From the NCBI GenBank assembly GCA_963846575.1, contig CAWJWJ010000002.1:864001-928000 (forward strand): a stretch of 64,000 bases of DNA, written 5' to 3'. Source of the DNA: an uncultured Nitrospiraceae bacterium (GTDB lineage Bacteria > Nitrospirota > Nitrospiria > Nitrospirales > Nitrospiraceae). The notes under the pieces are model-generated. The model was not told the origin of the DNA and ran no database searches. It saw only the letters and a program-made list of their open reading frames with translations. Shown in pieces: positions 51,267-62,244 of this stretch. The position numbers were made by a program, and so were the translations under genes. The number at the start of each line of letters is the position of its first letter. The stretch's first letter is position 1.

Positions 51267-52352
51267 TCATTTAATGAGTAGGTCGCTCGGGTGGTCTTGA
51301 AATTCGTCCTGATAGATACGGAAGGTTTCCAGGAGGACGGCCAAAATAATCGGGCCGAGGAACAGCCCCAGGAGGCCGAAGGAGGCCAGCCCGCCGAGCG
51401 AGGCAAAGAAGAGAAAGAGCATCGGCAGCCGTGCCTTGTTCCCGATGAGAAACGGCTGGAGCAGATTATCCAGCAGGCCCACGAGCCCTGCCCCGACTCC
51501 GATCATAATAAAACCTTTGACGATCGACCCGGTGAAGAACAGGTAGCCCGCAACCGGAATCCAGACGAGGGCGGTACCGCCGAATGGCAGCAGGGAGAAC
51601 ATGGCAGAGATAGCGCCGAGGAAGATGGAGAATCGCACGCCGAGGGCCCAGTAGGTCAATCCGGCCACTGTGCCTTGCGCCAACGCGGTCAGCAGGGTGC
51701 CCTGCATCACCGCACTGATCGTGCCGTTCATCCGTTCGAAGATCTTCGATTTGTGGTCGGGATCCAACGGAATGGCCTTGTACAACCCGTGATACAAACG
51801 ATCGCCGTCGCGAAAGAGAAAAAACAGCGTGAAGATCATGACCAGAAAATCGGTCAGGAACAATAGCGCGTTTTTGGCGAGATCGGCGCCCTGTGACAGG
51901 AGAAACGAGCTGATGACTTTTCCGCCTTCCAACACGGATGATTCGAGTTGGCCCTTGTTGGACAGAATCAGACGGCCGAAGAGTTCCTGGCTGAAGCCGC
52001 CGATCAACGGTAATTGCGAAATAGACACACCCAATTCACGCAGCCGGCCTTCACGAAACCACTGGGTCACGGAGTCATAGGCCTGGACCCCTTGATTGAT
52101 GCCTAAGAAGATCAGGTAGAGCGCGGGTAACACCGCGATCGACATGACCATGGCCGTCATCACGGCGGCAGCGGGTTCACGTCGCTGTTTCAAGATCGCG
52201 AGAATCTTCAGGTAGAGCGGGTAGAAGGTGGCCGTCAGGATCACCGCCCATACGATCGGATAAAAAAACGGGCTGAGGATGACGCCGAGTTGCCAGATGA
52301 GAATGAGGACGATGGCGAAGAAGGTGAAGGAGAAGATCTGCTTGCGATTCAC
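51267..52352 (-). CDS. AI-2E family transporter
   Basis: Multi-TM, FFLFRDG, LLPFGGTALVWIP, DNLLQP, GLFLGP. Confidence 0.92.
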   Translation of the reverse strand: MNRKQIFSFTFFAIVLILIWQLGVILSPFFYPIVWAVILTATFYPLYLKILAILKQRREPAAAVMTAMVMSIAVLPALYLIFLGINQGVQAYDSVTQWFREGRLRELGVSISQLPLIGGFSQELFGRLILSNKGQLESSVLEGGKVISSFLLSQGADLAKNALLFLTDFLVMIFTLFFLFRDGDRLYHGLYKAIPLDPDHKSKIFERMNGTISAVMQGTLLTALAQGTVAGLTYWALGVRFSIFLGAISAMFSLLPFGGTALVWIPVAGYLFFTGSIVKGFIMIGVGAGLVGLLDNLLQPFLIGNKARLPMLFLFFASLGGLASFGLLGLFLGPIILAVLLETFRIYQDEFQDHPSDLLIK

Positions 52353-52685
52353 AAATCCACCAGGGTTGATAGAGACCTCAGCCGGGCACCGCGAGCGGGC
52401 GATGCCGTAGCCGGGAGCCTGTCCGCACTATACCATTTCTACTGCCTGGGTGAAGCGCTCTTCGGCGGCGGACCGTGGCACCCTCGTGGTTCCGGGCGGA
52501 AGCCGGCGTGGTTGTGCGGCCTGGAAGTTCCCGGCATCTTCTGCTAGATTCCCCGACGGCCATCGCACAAGAGGATGGTCATCACCCGGGTCCGGATATT
52601 CTATTTCACCTGACAAGAGAGCTTCCCGGGACCGGTGGATCGCCATCGGTTGCCTGTCGCTTTCGGAAAGCCTGACGCCAGCCAC

Positions 52686-55085
52686 ATGACTTCTTCAACG
52701 ACTCAGACTCTCTCAGACGCTGCACAACGGAACATCGTCGGCCTCCTTGCCAAGGAACTGGGCGTCACTCCCCCGCAGGTCGCGGCGGCGGTGACCCTTC
52801 TGGACGGCGGAGCCACGGTCCCCTTCATCGCCCGGTATCGCAAAGAGGTCACGAACAACCTTGACGATACCCACCTGCGCACGTTGGAAGAGCGTTTGCT
52901 GTATTTGCGCGAGTTGGAGGAGCGGCGTATTGCGATTCTGACGTCGATTGACGAGCAGGGGAAGCTGACGGATGAGCTGCGCCGCGCCATCGAACAGGCG
53001 GCCACCAAACAAACGCTGGAAGACGTCTACCTGCCCTACAAACCCAAGCGCCGGACACGCGCACAGATTGCCCGCGAGGCGGGATTGGAGCCGTTGGCCG
53101 AGGCGCTCTTCGCCGATCCCACGCTCGATCCCGAGCTGGAGGCCGCGAAGTACGTGAAGGTGGTGCCGGCGGCTGAGGGTGTCGAGGCCATCAACGTTCC
53201 CGATGCGAAGGCCGCCCTGGAAGGAGCCCGGGATATTCTGGTCGAGCGATTCGCCGAAACCGCGGAGCTGCTCGCGACGCTCCGGGCCAAACTCTGGAAC
53301 GAAGGCATCGTCAGCTCGGCGGTGATGCCCGGCAAGGAGACGGCTGAAGAAGAGAAGTTCCGTGATTATTATGCCTATTCCGAAACGATTCGCACCATTC
53401 CATCACATCGCGCGCTCGCCCTGTTTCGCGGCCGTACGCTGGGAGTTCTCAAAATCGATCTCGGCCTGGGCGAGGGTCTCGAAACTCTCGTTCCCCATCC
53501 CTGCGCCGCCATCATCGCAGCACATTTCAGGATTGAAAACCGCGGACGCCGTGCGGACAAATGGCTGACGGACCTGTGTTACTGGACCTGGCGGGTGAAG
53601 ATGCATCTGCATCTCAGCACTGAGTTGCTGTTGCAAGTCCGTGAGGCGGCCGAAGCCGAGGCCATCAAAATTTTCGGGCGCAACCTGCACGAACTGCTGC
53701 TGGCTGCCCCCGCCGGCCCGAAAGCCGTGCTCGGCCTGGACCCCGGCCTCCGCACCGGCTGCAAAGTGGCGGTCGTGGATCCCACGGGGAAATTGCTGGA
53801 AACCGCGACGATCTACCCGCATCAACCGCGGAATGATTGGCAGGGGGCGTTGGCGACGATTGCCCAACTGATCATCCGTCATGGCGTCCAACTGATTTCG
53901 ATCGGCAACGGCACGGCGAGCCGTGAGACCGATAAACTTGCCATCGAGGTCATCAAGCTGGTGGCTGAGCAGAAACCGGAGCAAAAAGTGGCCAAGATCG
54001 TGGTGAGCGAGGCCGGTGCGTCGGTGTATTCGGCCTCGGCCTTTGCCGCGGCGGAGTTTCCGTCCTTGGACGTCAGTCTGCGGGGCGCGGTGTCGATTGC
54101 CCGGCGGTTGCAGGACCCGCTGGCGGAGCTGGTGAAGATCGACCCCAAATCCATCGGCGTCGGTCAATACCAGCACGATGTGAATCAGCGTGCCCTGGCG
54201 CGATCGCTCGATGCCACCGTCGAAGACTGCGTCAATGCCGTGGGCGTCGACGTCAATACGGCGTCACCCCCGCTGCTGGCTCGCGTGTCGGGCCTGAATC
54301 GCGTCCTGGCTCAAAATATTGTGGACTATCGCGATACGCACGGTCCATTTCCGAATCGTGTCATGATCCGCAAGGTGCCGAGGCTGGGCGACAAAACATT
54401 CGAGCAGGCGGCCGGCTTTCTGAGGATCAACGACGGCGACAATCCGTTGGATCGCTCCGCCGTCCATCCGGAGGCTTATCCGGTGGTAGAACGGATCCTG
54501 ACGCATCTCGAGAAGGGGATCGGCGAAGTGATGGGCCGTCCGGCGGTGTTGAGGGGACTCTCGCCCGCCGATTTCACCAACGAGACATTCGGGCTGCCGA
54601 CGATCCAAGACATATTGACGGAGCTGGAGAAGCCGGGGCGCGATCCGCGGCCTGAATTCAAGACGGCCACCTTCCGGGAGGGGGTCGAGTCGCTGGCCGA
54701 CCTACAGCCCGGCATGTTGCTGGAAGGGGTGGTCACCAACGTCGCGGCCTTCGGGGCGTTCATCGACATCGGGGTGCATCAGGATGGTCTGGTGCACGTG
54801 TCTGCTCTGTCACACACCTTCGTCAAGGACCCTCACGATGTGGTGAAGGCCGGCCAGATTGTGAAGGTCAAGGTGCTGGCAGTCGATGCGCCTCGCCAAC
54901 GGATTTCTCTGACCATGCGGCTCGATGACACCCCCGCCGCCGCCTCGCCTTCCGAACTACGCCCGGGAGCGCCACGTGAGGCGCGCGATCGACGTCCGTC
55001 GAACCAACAGCCGGCGCCTGTCCGGCAGCCTCAGCCAACCGGCGCATTTGCCATGGCGATGGCCAAGGCCAAGTTGAAGAAATAA
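52686..55085 (+). CDS. tex: Tex family RNA-binding transcription accessory protein
   Basis: [51 protein letters not shown]-terminal S1 domain. Confidence 0.96.
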   Translation: MTSSTTQTLSDAAQRNIVGLLAKELGVTPPQVAAAVTLLDGGATVPFIARYRKEVTNNLDDTHLRTLEERLLYLRELEERRIAILTSIDEQGKLTDELRRAIEQAATKQTLEDVYLPYKPKRRTRAQIAREAGLEPLAEALFADPTLDPELEAAKYVKVVPAAEGVEAINVPDAKAALEGARDILVERFAETAELLATLRAKLWNEGIVSSAVMPGKETAEEEKFRDYYAYSETIRTIPSHRALALFRGRTLGVLKIDLGLGEGLETLVPHPCAAIIAAHFRIENRGRRADKWLTDLCYWTWRVKMHLHLSTELLLQVREAAEAEAIKIFGRNLHELLLAAPAGPKAVLGLDPGLRTGCKVAVVDPTGKLLETATIYPHQPRNDWQGALATIAQLIIRHGVQLISIGNGTASRETDKLAIEVIKLVAEQKPEQKVAKIVVSEAGASVYSASAFAAAEFPSLDVSLRGAVSIARRLQDPLAELVKIDPKSIGVGQYQHDVNQRALARSLDATVEDCVNAVGVDVNTASPPLLARVSGLNRVLAQNIVDYRDTHGPFPNRVMIRKVPRLGDKTFEQAAGFLRINDGDNPLDRSAVHPEAYPVVERILTHLEKGIGEVMGRPAVLRGLSPADFTNETFGLPTIQDILTELEKPGRDPRPEFKTATFREGVESLADLQPGMLLEGVVTNVAAFGAFIDIGVHQDGLVHVSALSHTFVKDPHDVVKAGQIVKVKVLAVDAPRQRISLTMRLDDTPAAASPSELRPGAPREARDRRPSNQQPAPVRQPQPTGAFAMAMAKAKLKK

Positions 55086-55146
55086 CAGGCCTGTGGTCCA
55101 TGGACCGGCCAGCGTGGCGCCGGCGGCAGGCTGCTGCTGATGATTG

Positions 55147-55749
55147 TTACGGTCTGACTTTAAAAAAGTTTCCACCCTTGAGCCGCTCATCATCGGTGCC
55201 CCAGGCAATCTGTTTGTCCAGGCGCTTGAGAAGCGGGACATGTTTCGAGCAGTGGATGTACGCTTCTTCTACGTCGATGACGACCCAGGCGTCAGCACGG
55301 CGACCACCCCTATTCTGCGCCGCCTCGGTCATGCCCGGGGGAAGATTCGGTAAGGAGGCGGCTTCAGCCGAATCCAGCACGCGCGCCCGTCCGTTGACGT
55401 GCAGGCCGATGGTGGTCTGATAGTAGTCGAGAAAGATCAGGCCGACGTGCGGATTCTCCAGGATATTGCCGATACTGGCCAGCACGCCGTTGCCCCGGTA
55501 TTCCGGATAGGCGAGGGTCTTCTCGTCAAGCACCTGGACGAATCCCGGAGCTCCGGCACGAAAGGAACAGTCACACTCACCGTTTGCGTCGGCCGTGGCG
55601 ATGAAGGCCATTTCCATTCGCGCGATGAACTCCTGCATGGGCTGATTCAAATGGTTCAAGAGCTGATTTGCATAAAAGGCTTCCGCACGACTGGACGTGC
55701 CGAAACGCTCCTGTGCCCGACGTTCGCCCGTGGATCCCGGCCAAGTCAT
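55147..55749 (-). CDS. Pyridoxamine 5'-phosphate oxidase-like FMN-binding protein
   Basis: FIATADANGECDCSFRAG.PGFV, YPEYRGNG, NILENPHVGL, EEAYIHCSK. Confidence 0.88.
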   Translation of the reverse strand: MTWPGSTGERRAQERFGTSSRAEAFYANQLLNHLNQPMQEFIARMEMAFIATADANGECDCSFRAGAPGFVQVLDEKTLAYPEYRGNGVLASIGNILENPHVGLIFLDYYQTTIGLHVNGRARVLDSAEAASLPNLPPGMTEAAQNRGGRRADAWVVIDVEEAYIHCSKHVPLLKRLDKQIAWGTDDERLKGGNFFKVRP

Positions 55750-55937
55750 TGCCAATGCTCCTTTTCCATGCTCGCGTGTCTCCCGATCACCCAGTGATTG
55801 TCGCGCACCAAGGGGCTGGCTGTCGATGCCTGCATTGTGGCGTCGGCGAGCGGTATGTCCTTCCAGTTTCGATCAGGTGTGAACCGCGGCGGTAAAGGCC
55901 GGTGATGGGGGGGCGGGTGGTGAGGGGAGATCTCTCC

Positions 55938-55969
55938 GTGCAGAGAGCTTTGGGCGAAGCTCTCTGCAC
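55938..55969. terminator. Perfect 13-bp hairpin just downstream of the 55981..56580 gene
   Basis: GTGCAGAGAGCTT-TGGGCG-AAGCTCTCTGCAC; no clear U-tract on the minus strand. Confidence 0.5.
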
Positions 55970-55980
55970 CAATCGAACGC

Positions 55981-56580
55981 CTACTTCATCTTGTTGGGAT
56001 CCTGATAGATCATCAGGTGGGCGTAGGGGCTGCCGTCGAACATGACGTAGGCGCCGGAGGGATTCGGGGACGTGGGCAGTTTGGTTGTCCCTGCATCGAA
56101 CGGCCACATCACCATCCAGTGCGGCGGCTCCTTGACGACCTGGGCTCCGGCTTCCTTCTGCATCACGATTTTCTTGTTCTTCTCGAAATGTGATCCGCCG
56201 CGTGCCATGTAGGCGATGCCCGGTATGGTGTTCGATGGCTTGGGTGCATTGTTCATAATGTCGGTCATCCACTGATGGGCCGCGCCGTCCATACAAATGG
56301 GATCCGGGTCCGGAAGATTCATGACCGTGGGGATACAGGTGAATCCGTTCTCACTTTTCCTGACCTCGGTAAGGGTTCCGTCCGCGCCAAACACCATGAC
56401 TCCGGCCTCCTTGGAGATGTGTTTCGGCGCCGCGCTGAGGGCCAGCGTGGTCTGTTCCTTTTCAGACAGGGCCTTGACGTCTTTAACTGTGGCACCTTTT
56501 TTCTTCGGCGCCGCATGGACATCGGCCGCTAAGCTGAGCGGCAGGACCGCGAGCAGCGAGAGCACGACAGTACGGATCAT
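55981..56580 (-). CDS. Exported hypothetical protein, Met/His-rich
   Basis: GGAGG RBS, signal peptide (VHA-A), ALSAAP, NGFTC..PICMD, PGIAYM, PHWM, YAHLMI. Confidence 0.78.
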   Translation of the reverse strand: MIRTVVLSLLAVLPLSLAADVHAAPKKKGATVKDVKALSEKEQTTLALSAAPKHISKEAGVMVFGADGTLTEVRKSENGFTCIPTVMNLPDPDPICMDGAAHQWMTDIMNNAPKPSNTIPGIAYMARGGSHFEKNKKIVMQKEAGAQVVKEPPHWMVMWPFDAGTTKLPTSPNPSGAYVMFDGSPYAHLMIYQDPNKMK

Positions 56581-56691
56581 AATGGCCTCCTTGGTGGGGT
56601 GAATAAATAGATTTGCCCGGGGAATCATGCTAGCGCGTTTCACGGCTGAAAGCTATGGCGTGGGTGCACGGGGAAGGGTAGTCGGCGGACA

Positions 56692-58050
56692 TCAACCGGA
56701 AAGGTTGTAGTTTTTGAGTTTCGTCAGAAGCGTTTTGTAGTCGATCTCTAAGGTATGGGCGGTTTTCGATTTGTTGCCCCCGTGGGCGCTCAAGACCCGT
56801 TGGATGTGTAGCCGTTCGATTTCGTCGAGTGATAGCTGTGACTGATCGACCGGCTGGTTCGTCGACCGTGATGGTGGGAGGACCTGCAGGACTTCCTCGG
56901 CTGTGATCGGTCCTGTACGCGGACTCATCAGCACGATCCGTTCGATGACGTTTCGAAGTTCACGGACATTGCCCGGCCAATGGTATGTCGTCAAATGCTG
57001 CAAGGCTTCTGCGGCGATCGTCCGTGCCGTGGTGCCTGCCACTCGAAGGTTGCCCAGGAGATGATCCGCCAGGGCCGGGATGTCGGCCGGTCGCTCGCGA
57101 AGCGGGGGTACCATCAGGGTGACGGTGTTGATGCGATATAAGAGGTCGTCGCGGAATCGGCCCTGCAATACCAGGTCCTGGATGTCTCGATTGGTGGCGC
57201 AGATGATGCGTACATCGGCACGGAGCGTGCGGGTGCTCCCGACGGGACGATATTCGTTGCGATCGAGAAAACGTAGCAGGCTCACCTGCATCGGGCCCGG
57301 CATTTCGCCGACCTCGTCCAGAAACAGAGAGCCGCCGTCGGCTGCGGCGATCAAACCGGCCTTTGCCGTGGTGGCCCCGGTGAAAGCCCCCTTCTCATAG
57401 CCAAACAACTCGCTCTCCAGGAGCTCGCGGCTCACGGCGCCGCAGTTGACGGCAATGCAGGGCCCCTCGGCCCGATGGCTTCGGGTGTGCAGCAGACGGG
57501 CCACGACTTCTTTCCCCGAGCCGGTTTCTCCTTGAATGAGCACCGGCGCTTGTGAAGGCGCCACTTGAGCGATTTGCCCGTTCAACGACCGCCAGGCCTG
57601 GCTCGTTCCCTCAACGATTCTGTCCTGTTTGTAACCGCCGTGGCGGGCGGCGAGATTTTCACGTCGCAGCCCCCGGAGGGTGCGCAGTTTGGCGAGGGCG
57701 GCCTTCACGGCCTCGCCGTCGAACGGGGTGTCTTTGACGAGGAAGTCCCAGGCCCCGTCTTTGATGGCCGCGACGGCATCCTTCACGTCGCCATGGCCGG
57801 TCAGGACGATCACATCGACATCCGGTTGATGTTCCTTCACCCAACGGAGCACTGTGCGGCCATCGATGCCGGGCATACGAAGATCGGTAATGACGCAATC
57901 GAACGAGGCCGTGCGGAGGCGCTCGATGCCCTGTTGTCCACCGCCCACGCTCTGCACCTCGCACCCCTCTTCGCGGAGCGTCTGCTCCACGATCAGGCGC
58001 ACGAATTCTTCGTCGTCGATGAGCAGAATGTGCATGCCGTGGATCGTCAC
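56692..58050 (-). CDS. Sigma-54-dependent response regulator (NtrC family)
   Basis: Receiver, GETGSGKE, ESELFGYEKGAFTGA, WPGNVRELRN, Fis-type HTH. Confidence 0.95.
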   Translation of the reverse strand: MTIHGMHILLIDDEEFVRLIVEQTLREEGCEVQSVGGGQQGIERLRTASFDCVITDLRMPGIDGRTVLRWVKEHQPDVDVIVLTGHGDVKDAVAAIKDGAWDFLVKDTPFDGEAVKAALAKLRTLRGLRRENLAARHGGYKQDRIVEGTSQAWRSLNGQIAQVAPSQAPVLIQGETGSGKEVVARLLHTRSHRAEGPCIAVNCGAVSRELLESELFGYEKGAFTGATTAKAGLIAAADGGSLFLDEVGEMPGPMQVSLLRFLDRNEYRPVGSTRTLRADVRIICATNRDIQDLVLQGRFRDDLLYRINTVTLMVPPLRERPADIPALADHLLGNLRVAGTTARTIAAEALQHLTTYHWPGNVRELRNVIERIVLMSPRTGPITAEEVLQVLPPSRSTNQPVDQSQLSLDEIERLHIQRVLSAHGGNKSKTAHTLEIDYKTLLTKLKNYNLSG

Positions 58051-58059
58051 CGGACTGTT

Positions 58060-59634
58060 CTACTCCGTCCTCGATGGACGCCTGATGTTGGTGTCGGCTC
58101 GTTCGGGAAATGCGAGGGAGAACCTGCTTCCTGAGCCCGGCGTGGACTCGGCCCAGGCCCGGCCGTTGTGTTTATCCATGACCAGTTTCACGATGGCCAG
58201 GCCGACGCCCGTGCCCTCGTAATCCTGCGGGCCGTGCAACCGTTCGAAGAGGCCGAAAATTTTGTCATGCTGGGACGCATCGAATCCGATGCCATTGTCC
58301 TGCACCCAGATGATGCGTTCGTCCGCATTCTGGGTCCCGCCGATGGTGATGGCAGGTGTCAGGGTGCGGCGGGAAAATTTCGCGGCATTGTCGACCAGGT
58401 TCGCGAGCGCCTGGCGTACGCTTACCGGTTCGCCATAGAGGTCGGCAAACGGCAGTTCGACGTGCACCTTCGGCTTCGGCCCCTGGATGCCGCTGAACCG
58501 GTCGGTGATGAGGGTCGTGATCATCTCCAGGACGTTGAAACGCTGGCGCGGCAGGTCCTGTTGCTCCAACCGCGAATATTTCAACAGCGCGTCGATCATG
58601 TGCGTGAGGCGCAGGGCGGAGTTCCGGATCACGTCGATCTGATGACGCACCTGCGGATCGTCTGCATCGGAAAATCGCTTCTCCAGCAGGGAAGAAAACC
58701 CTTCGATTTCCCGCAGGGGGCCCTTGAGATCATGAGCCACTGAATAGGTGAAGGCTTCGAGCTCCTTCGTCTTACGCGCAGTGGCGGCAGTCTGTTCGCG
58801 GAGGCTGGTCACCATGGTCGAGAGCGAGGCGGCCAGCGTGCCGACCTCGTCGCGGCTCGGCCAGCTTTCGAACTGAGCCGTGAGGTCATGGTGGGCAACC
58901 CGGTCGGCGGTAACCGACAGGCGCTGGAGCGGCCGGGCGATCTGCCGATTGACCAGGATGTAGATCGTGGTGATGACGAGTCCGAGCACGGCCACCAGGC
59001 CAAGAGCGATCAGTCGAGCCTCCCGCAGCAGCAAATCGCCTTCCACCTTCATTTCCACATCGATATCGCGATGGGCTGCCACCAACTGATCCAGGCTATT
59101 CATTAAATCCACGATGAGTGCGTCGGCTTTCAAAAGGGGCGTCATGGCAGCCGCATTCGTCCGAGGAGCAGGCGTGAGCACGGTTTTCCATAAGCCCGCG
59201 AGCTCTTGCAGGGTCACATCGATCTGCGCGAGGGCGCGATCCTCCTGGCCGACGAGATCGTCCCGTTGATGTTCCGTCAGCATGCCGAACAGGACGGGAT
59301 GGGTCCGCGCCGCATGGGTGGATCGATACAGATCCAGTGCGCTACGTATCTGGTCGGCATGCCGGTTCAGTTCCGAGAGCGTGTTGGTGGCATTGCGTGT
59401 GCCAGCCTGTTCCATAAAAAGATGCAGGGCCAGATTCATTTCATAGGTGGAACGTTGCATGGTGGCCGCCGTGACGATGGCCGGAACGGTGATGCGTTTG
59501 TGGCGGTCGACGTAACTGTTGATGCGGCTGAGGTACAAGATCAGGGCCGTCAAACTCAGCGCCAGAAGGCTGAGAATGATTCCGAAGGAGACGAAGAATT
59601 TCTGTCCGATGGAGCGGTCGTGCAGCCAGCGCAT
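58060..59634 (-). CDS. Membrane sensor histidine kinase with HAMP domain
   Basis: Two TM helices, HAMP (PLQRL..DEVGTLA), FTYSVAHDLKGPL, DNGIGF, GTGVGLAIV. Confidence 0.93.
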   Translation of the reverse strand: MRWLHDRSIGQKFFVSFGIILSLLALSLTALILYLSRINSYVDRHKRITVPAIVTAATMQRSTYEMNLALHLFMEQAGTRNATNTLSELNRHADQIRSALDLYRSTHAARTHPVLFGMLTEHQRDDLVGQEDRALAQIDVTLQELAGLWKTVLTPAPRTNAAAMTPLLKADALIVDLMNSLDQLVAAHRDIDVEMKVEGDLLLREARLIALGLVAVLGLVITTIYILVNRQIARPLQRLSVTADRVAHHDLTAQFESWPSRDEVGTLAASLSTMVTSLREQTAATARKTKELEAFTYSVAHDLKGPLREIEGFSSLLEKRFSDADDPQVRHQIDVIRNSALRLTHMIDALLKYSRLEQQDLPRQRFNVLEMITTLITDRFSGIQGPKPKVHVELPFADLYGEPVSVRQALANLVDNAAKFSRRTLTPAITIGGTQNADERIIWVQDNGIGFDASQHDKIFGLFERLHGPQDYEGTGVGLAIVKLVMDKHNGRAWAESTPGSGSRFSLAFPERADTNIRRPSRTE

Positions 59635-59776
59635 GCGGGCCTCATGGTGAACCGTGAACGTACCATAGAGACCCGGCGCCTGTCAGTCTGAAGCTGCTGT
59701 CTCACGGCTCTCCTACTCACTGCAGTGTCCACTGCCGGGTGAATGCGGAACTGCAGAAGCTCTGATCCTGATCGGC

Positions 59777-59905
59777 TGCCGGCGCACAAGGGACGCGAGT
59801 GCCCTGCCTGGGTCACGTGATCGCCCGCCCTCTGCCCGATAGACCCGCCGGGGCCTGGACCGATCGCCGCACTCCGTGCTGAGCGGGAGTCCTTGTGCGT
59901 CGGCA
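59777..59905. repeat. Imperfect 17/18-bp inverted repeat enclosing about 95 nt
   Basis: TGCCGGCGCACAAGGGAC ... GTCCTTGTGCGTCGGCA (one G-U pair, one bulge). Confidence 0.5.
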
Positions 59906-60015
59906 ACGGGTCTCCTCTGCCCTGATCAAGGCCTGGCCGGACCGGCATGACGGCCAGCGGCTCGCGATACAGGATCTGCATTTCTTCACGGGTCGTCGTG
60001 AGTGGTTCTCAATAC

Positions 60016-60042
60016 TTGACATAATTTAACATATCGTGATAT
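60016..60042 (+). promoter_or_regulatory. Sigma-70-type promoter with overlapping palindrome
   Basis: Perfect TTGACA at 60016, AT-rich spacer, ATATC-GT-GATAT palindrome over the -10 region; -10 match weak. Confidence 0.5.
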
Positions 60043-60055
60043 CCACGGCCTATCC

Positions 60056-61249
60056 ATGAGCGAAAAAAGCAAAGCCGAACCTGCCTCCAATGTCGTCAAT
60101 TCGCTGCGTGCATTACGTATGGCGAAGGGCCTGTCTCAGGGTCAGCTGGCGGACGGGGCTTTGGTCACCCGCCAGGCCGTGTGCGCTATTGAGGCCGATC
60201 AGTATCTGCCCACCACTGCGGTGGCCCTGCGCCTCGCCAGCGTGTTGGGATGTCATGTGGAAGACATCTTCAGCCTCAAGACGACCGGCGAATTGATTGA
60301 GGGCGATTGGGTCTGGCCCGGGATGGCCGTCTCGGCCGTGCAGCCTCGCACGCGCGTCAAGGTGGCCAGGATCGAAGATCGGTTTGTCGTCCGTCCCGTT
60401 GCGGCTTTGGGTGAAATCCTGAACTACACCGTCCCCGCAGACGGCCTCATCATCGGGAAACCAGGCGCTGCCGGGCGCTCAACCAAATCCGGTAGGCGTG
60501 TGCCCGTGCGTCTCTTGCGTGAGCGCCAGCTCGTCGAACGGGAAATCGCAGTCGCCGGTTGCGATCCCGCCATCAATCTGGCCAGCGAATATCTCCATCG
60601 GCATAAGGATACATCGACGGTCGTCGGGTGGTCGATGGGAAGCGCGGCGGCGCTGGATGCGCTCAAGCGTAAGGAAGTGCATATGGCAGGACTGCATATC
60701 CTGGATGAAAAGACGGGGGAATCCAATCTGCCCTATCTCCGGCGTCACCTTCAGGGAGATGACTATATCGTCGTGGCATTTGCCGCCTGGGAAGAGGGTT
60801 TCATTGTACGCGCGGGGAACCCCAAGCGGATCCGCGGCGTCGAGGACCTGGTTCGTCCCACTGTGGTGGTGGTGAATCGTGAAGAGGGTGCCGCAGCCAG
60901 AATGCTTCTCGACCAACGCCTCCTGAGCCTGGGCATCGATGGTGGTGGAGTAAAGGGATACGGGGTGAACGTCAGCTCCCACTTTGAGGTCGCACGGCAC
61001 ATCGCGGAAGGCCAGGCCGATACCGGGATCGGCGTGCGATCCGCCGCGCAGATTTTCGGCCTCGATTTTATCCCGTTGCAGCAGGCACGGTACGATCTGG
61101 TCCTGCCAAAACGCTATCTGGCTACGCATCCAGGCCTGGCGCATCTTCTGGATGCCATTGCCAGCCGGCAGTTTCGAACCGAGGTCGAAGCCTTGGGCGG
61201 ATATGACATGACCGAAACCGGGAAGGTGCGCAGCCTCCGTGCCGGGTAG
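60056..61249 (+). CDS. XRE-type HTH regulator fused to a molybdate-binding PBP-like domain
   Basis: LRALRMAKGLSQGQLA..TRQAV..IE HTH; AGCDPA, MGSAAAL, VNREEGAAAR, ARYDLV, LGGYD. Confidence 0.88.
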   Translation: MSEKSKAEPASNVVNSLRALRMAKGLSQGQLADGALVTRQAVCAIEADQYLPTTAVALRLASVLGCHVEDIFSLKTTGELIEGDWVWPGMAVSAVQPRTRVKVARIEDRFVVRPVAALGEILNYTVPADGLIIGKPGAAGRSTKSGRRVPVRLLRERQLVEREIAVAGCDPAINLASEYLHRHKDTSTVVGWSMGSAAALDALKRKEVHMAGLHILDEKTGESNLPYLRRHLQGDDYIVVAFAAWEEGFIVRAGNPKRIRGVEDLVRPTVVVVNREEGAAARMLLDQRLLSLGIDGGGVKGYGVNVSSHFEVARHIAEGQADTGIGVRSAAQIFGLDFIPLQQARYDLVLPKRYLATHPGLAHLLDAIASRQFRTEVEALGGYDMTETGKVRSLRAG

Positions 61250-61318
61250 ACGGCGGGCGGTTCTACGTCCGCGACTGTCTGCCGGATCGAGGGCATCAGC
61301 TGTCGGGGGAGGATATCG

Positions 61319-62158
61319 ATGGAACGGAGTGATCCCGGCAGGAGTCCCGGTCGGATCATGTTGTGGGTTGCAGCCTTCGTGCTAGCCGGACTTGTCTTGA
61401 CGACTGCCGATGCGACAGCCCGAGAAGCGTTCGTCATAGCGGCGTCGCCGAGTCTCAAGGGTGTACTGCAGCGGCTCGCGAACGCGTTTGAGCAAACTCA
61501 TCCTGGCGTGCGGGTGCAACTCTACTTCGGCTCGGGACTGGATCTCCGGCAAACCATTGCCGGCATGGAAAACAGCATGGTGGGCCGGTATTCCCTCGGG
61601 AAAGGTCCGATACACCTCGTCGCGCCCGGAGGCGATGAGATGCTCACCCGATTGGAACAGAAATATTATATCCTGCCGGCCACGACGCACCCCTATGCGG
61701 TGGACCAGCTTGTCTTGGTTGTTCCGGAGTCCCTGGTCGAAGGGCCTGAGTCTCTCGAAGACATGAGCCGCAGGACCACCCGGCTCGCCGTCGCAGATCC
61801 GTCGCAGACCCGACTCGGTACGCAGACTGCCGAAACCCTTCGCTCGCTCGGTCTTCGTGAGTCTTTCAACGGACGGCTGGATGTGGCGACCGATTCTCGC
61901 GGGGTCATCGATCATGTCCTGAGCGGACAGGCGGAGGCGGGAATGATCTTCGGAGACGAGGCGGTGAGACAGCAACAGCGTCTGCGTGTGGTCGCACGTG
62001 TCGAGAAAGGGTACGTGGCGACCGTTCACTCGATGGCCATGGAGCGTTCCTGTCCCAATCGTCCGCTGTGTATGGATTTTCTCTCCTTTCTCCACAGCGC
62101 CGAGGGGCAGGCCGCAGTGCGTCAGGCCGGATATGCCGTACCGGCAGGCAAGCCGTAA
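61319..62158 (+). CDS. ModA-like molybdate/tungstate-binding periplasmic protein (divergent)
   Basis: Signal peptide, AASPSLK..FEQTHPGVRVQLYFGSG, LVLVVP, LAVADP, VLSGQAEAG, FLHSAEGQA. Confidence 0.75.
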   Translation: MERSDPGRSPGRIMLWVAAFVLAGLVLTTADATAREAFVIAASPSLKGVLQRLANAFEQTHPGVRVQLYFGSGLDLRQTIAGMENSMVGRYSLGKGPIHLVAPGGDEMLTRLEQKYYILPATTHPYAVDQLVLVVPESLVEGPESLEDMSRRTTRLAVADPSQTRLGTQTAETLRSLGLRESFNGRLDVATDSRGVIDHVLSGQAEAGMIFGDEAVRQQQRLRVVARVEKGYVATVHSMAMERSCPNRPLCMDFLSFLHSAEGQAAVRQAGYAVPAGKP

Positions 62159-62244
62159 GGAACGATTTGTTTATCGCATGATCAAAAATAGAAGAATTGA
62201 TGAGTCGTACCCATGACGGTCGGACCTGCCGTGAAGGAGGGGGT

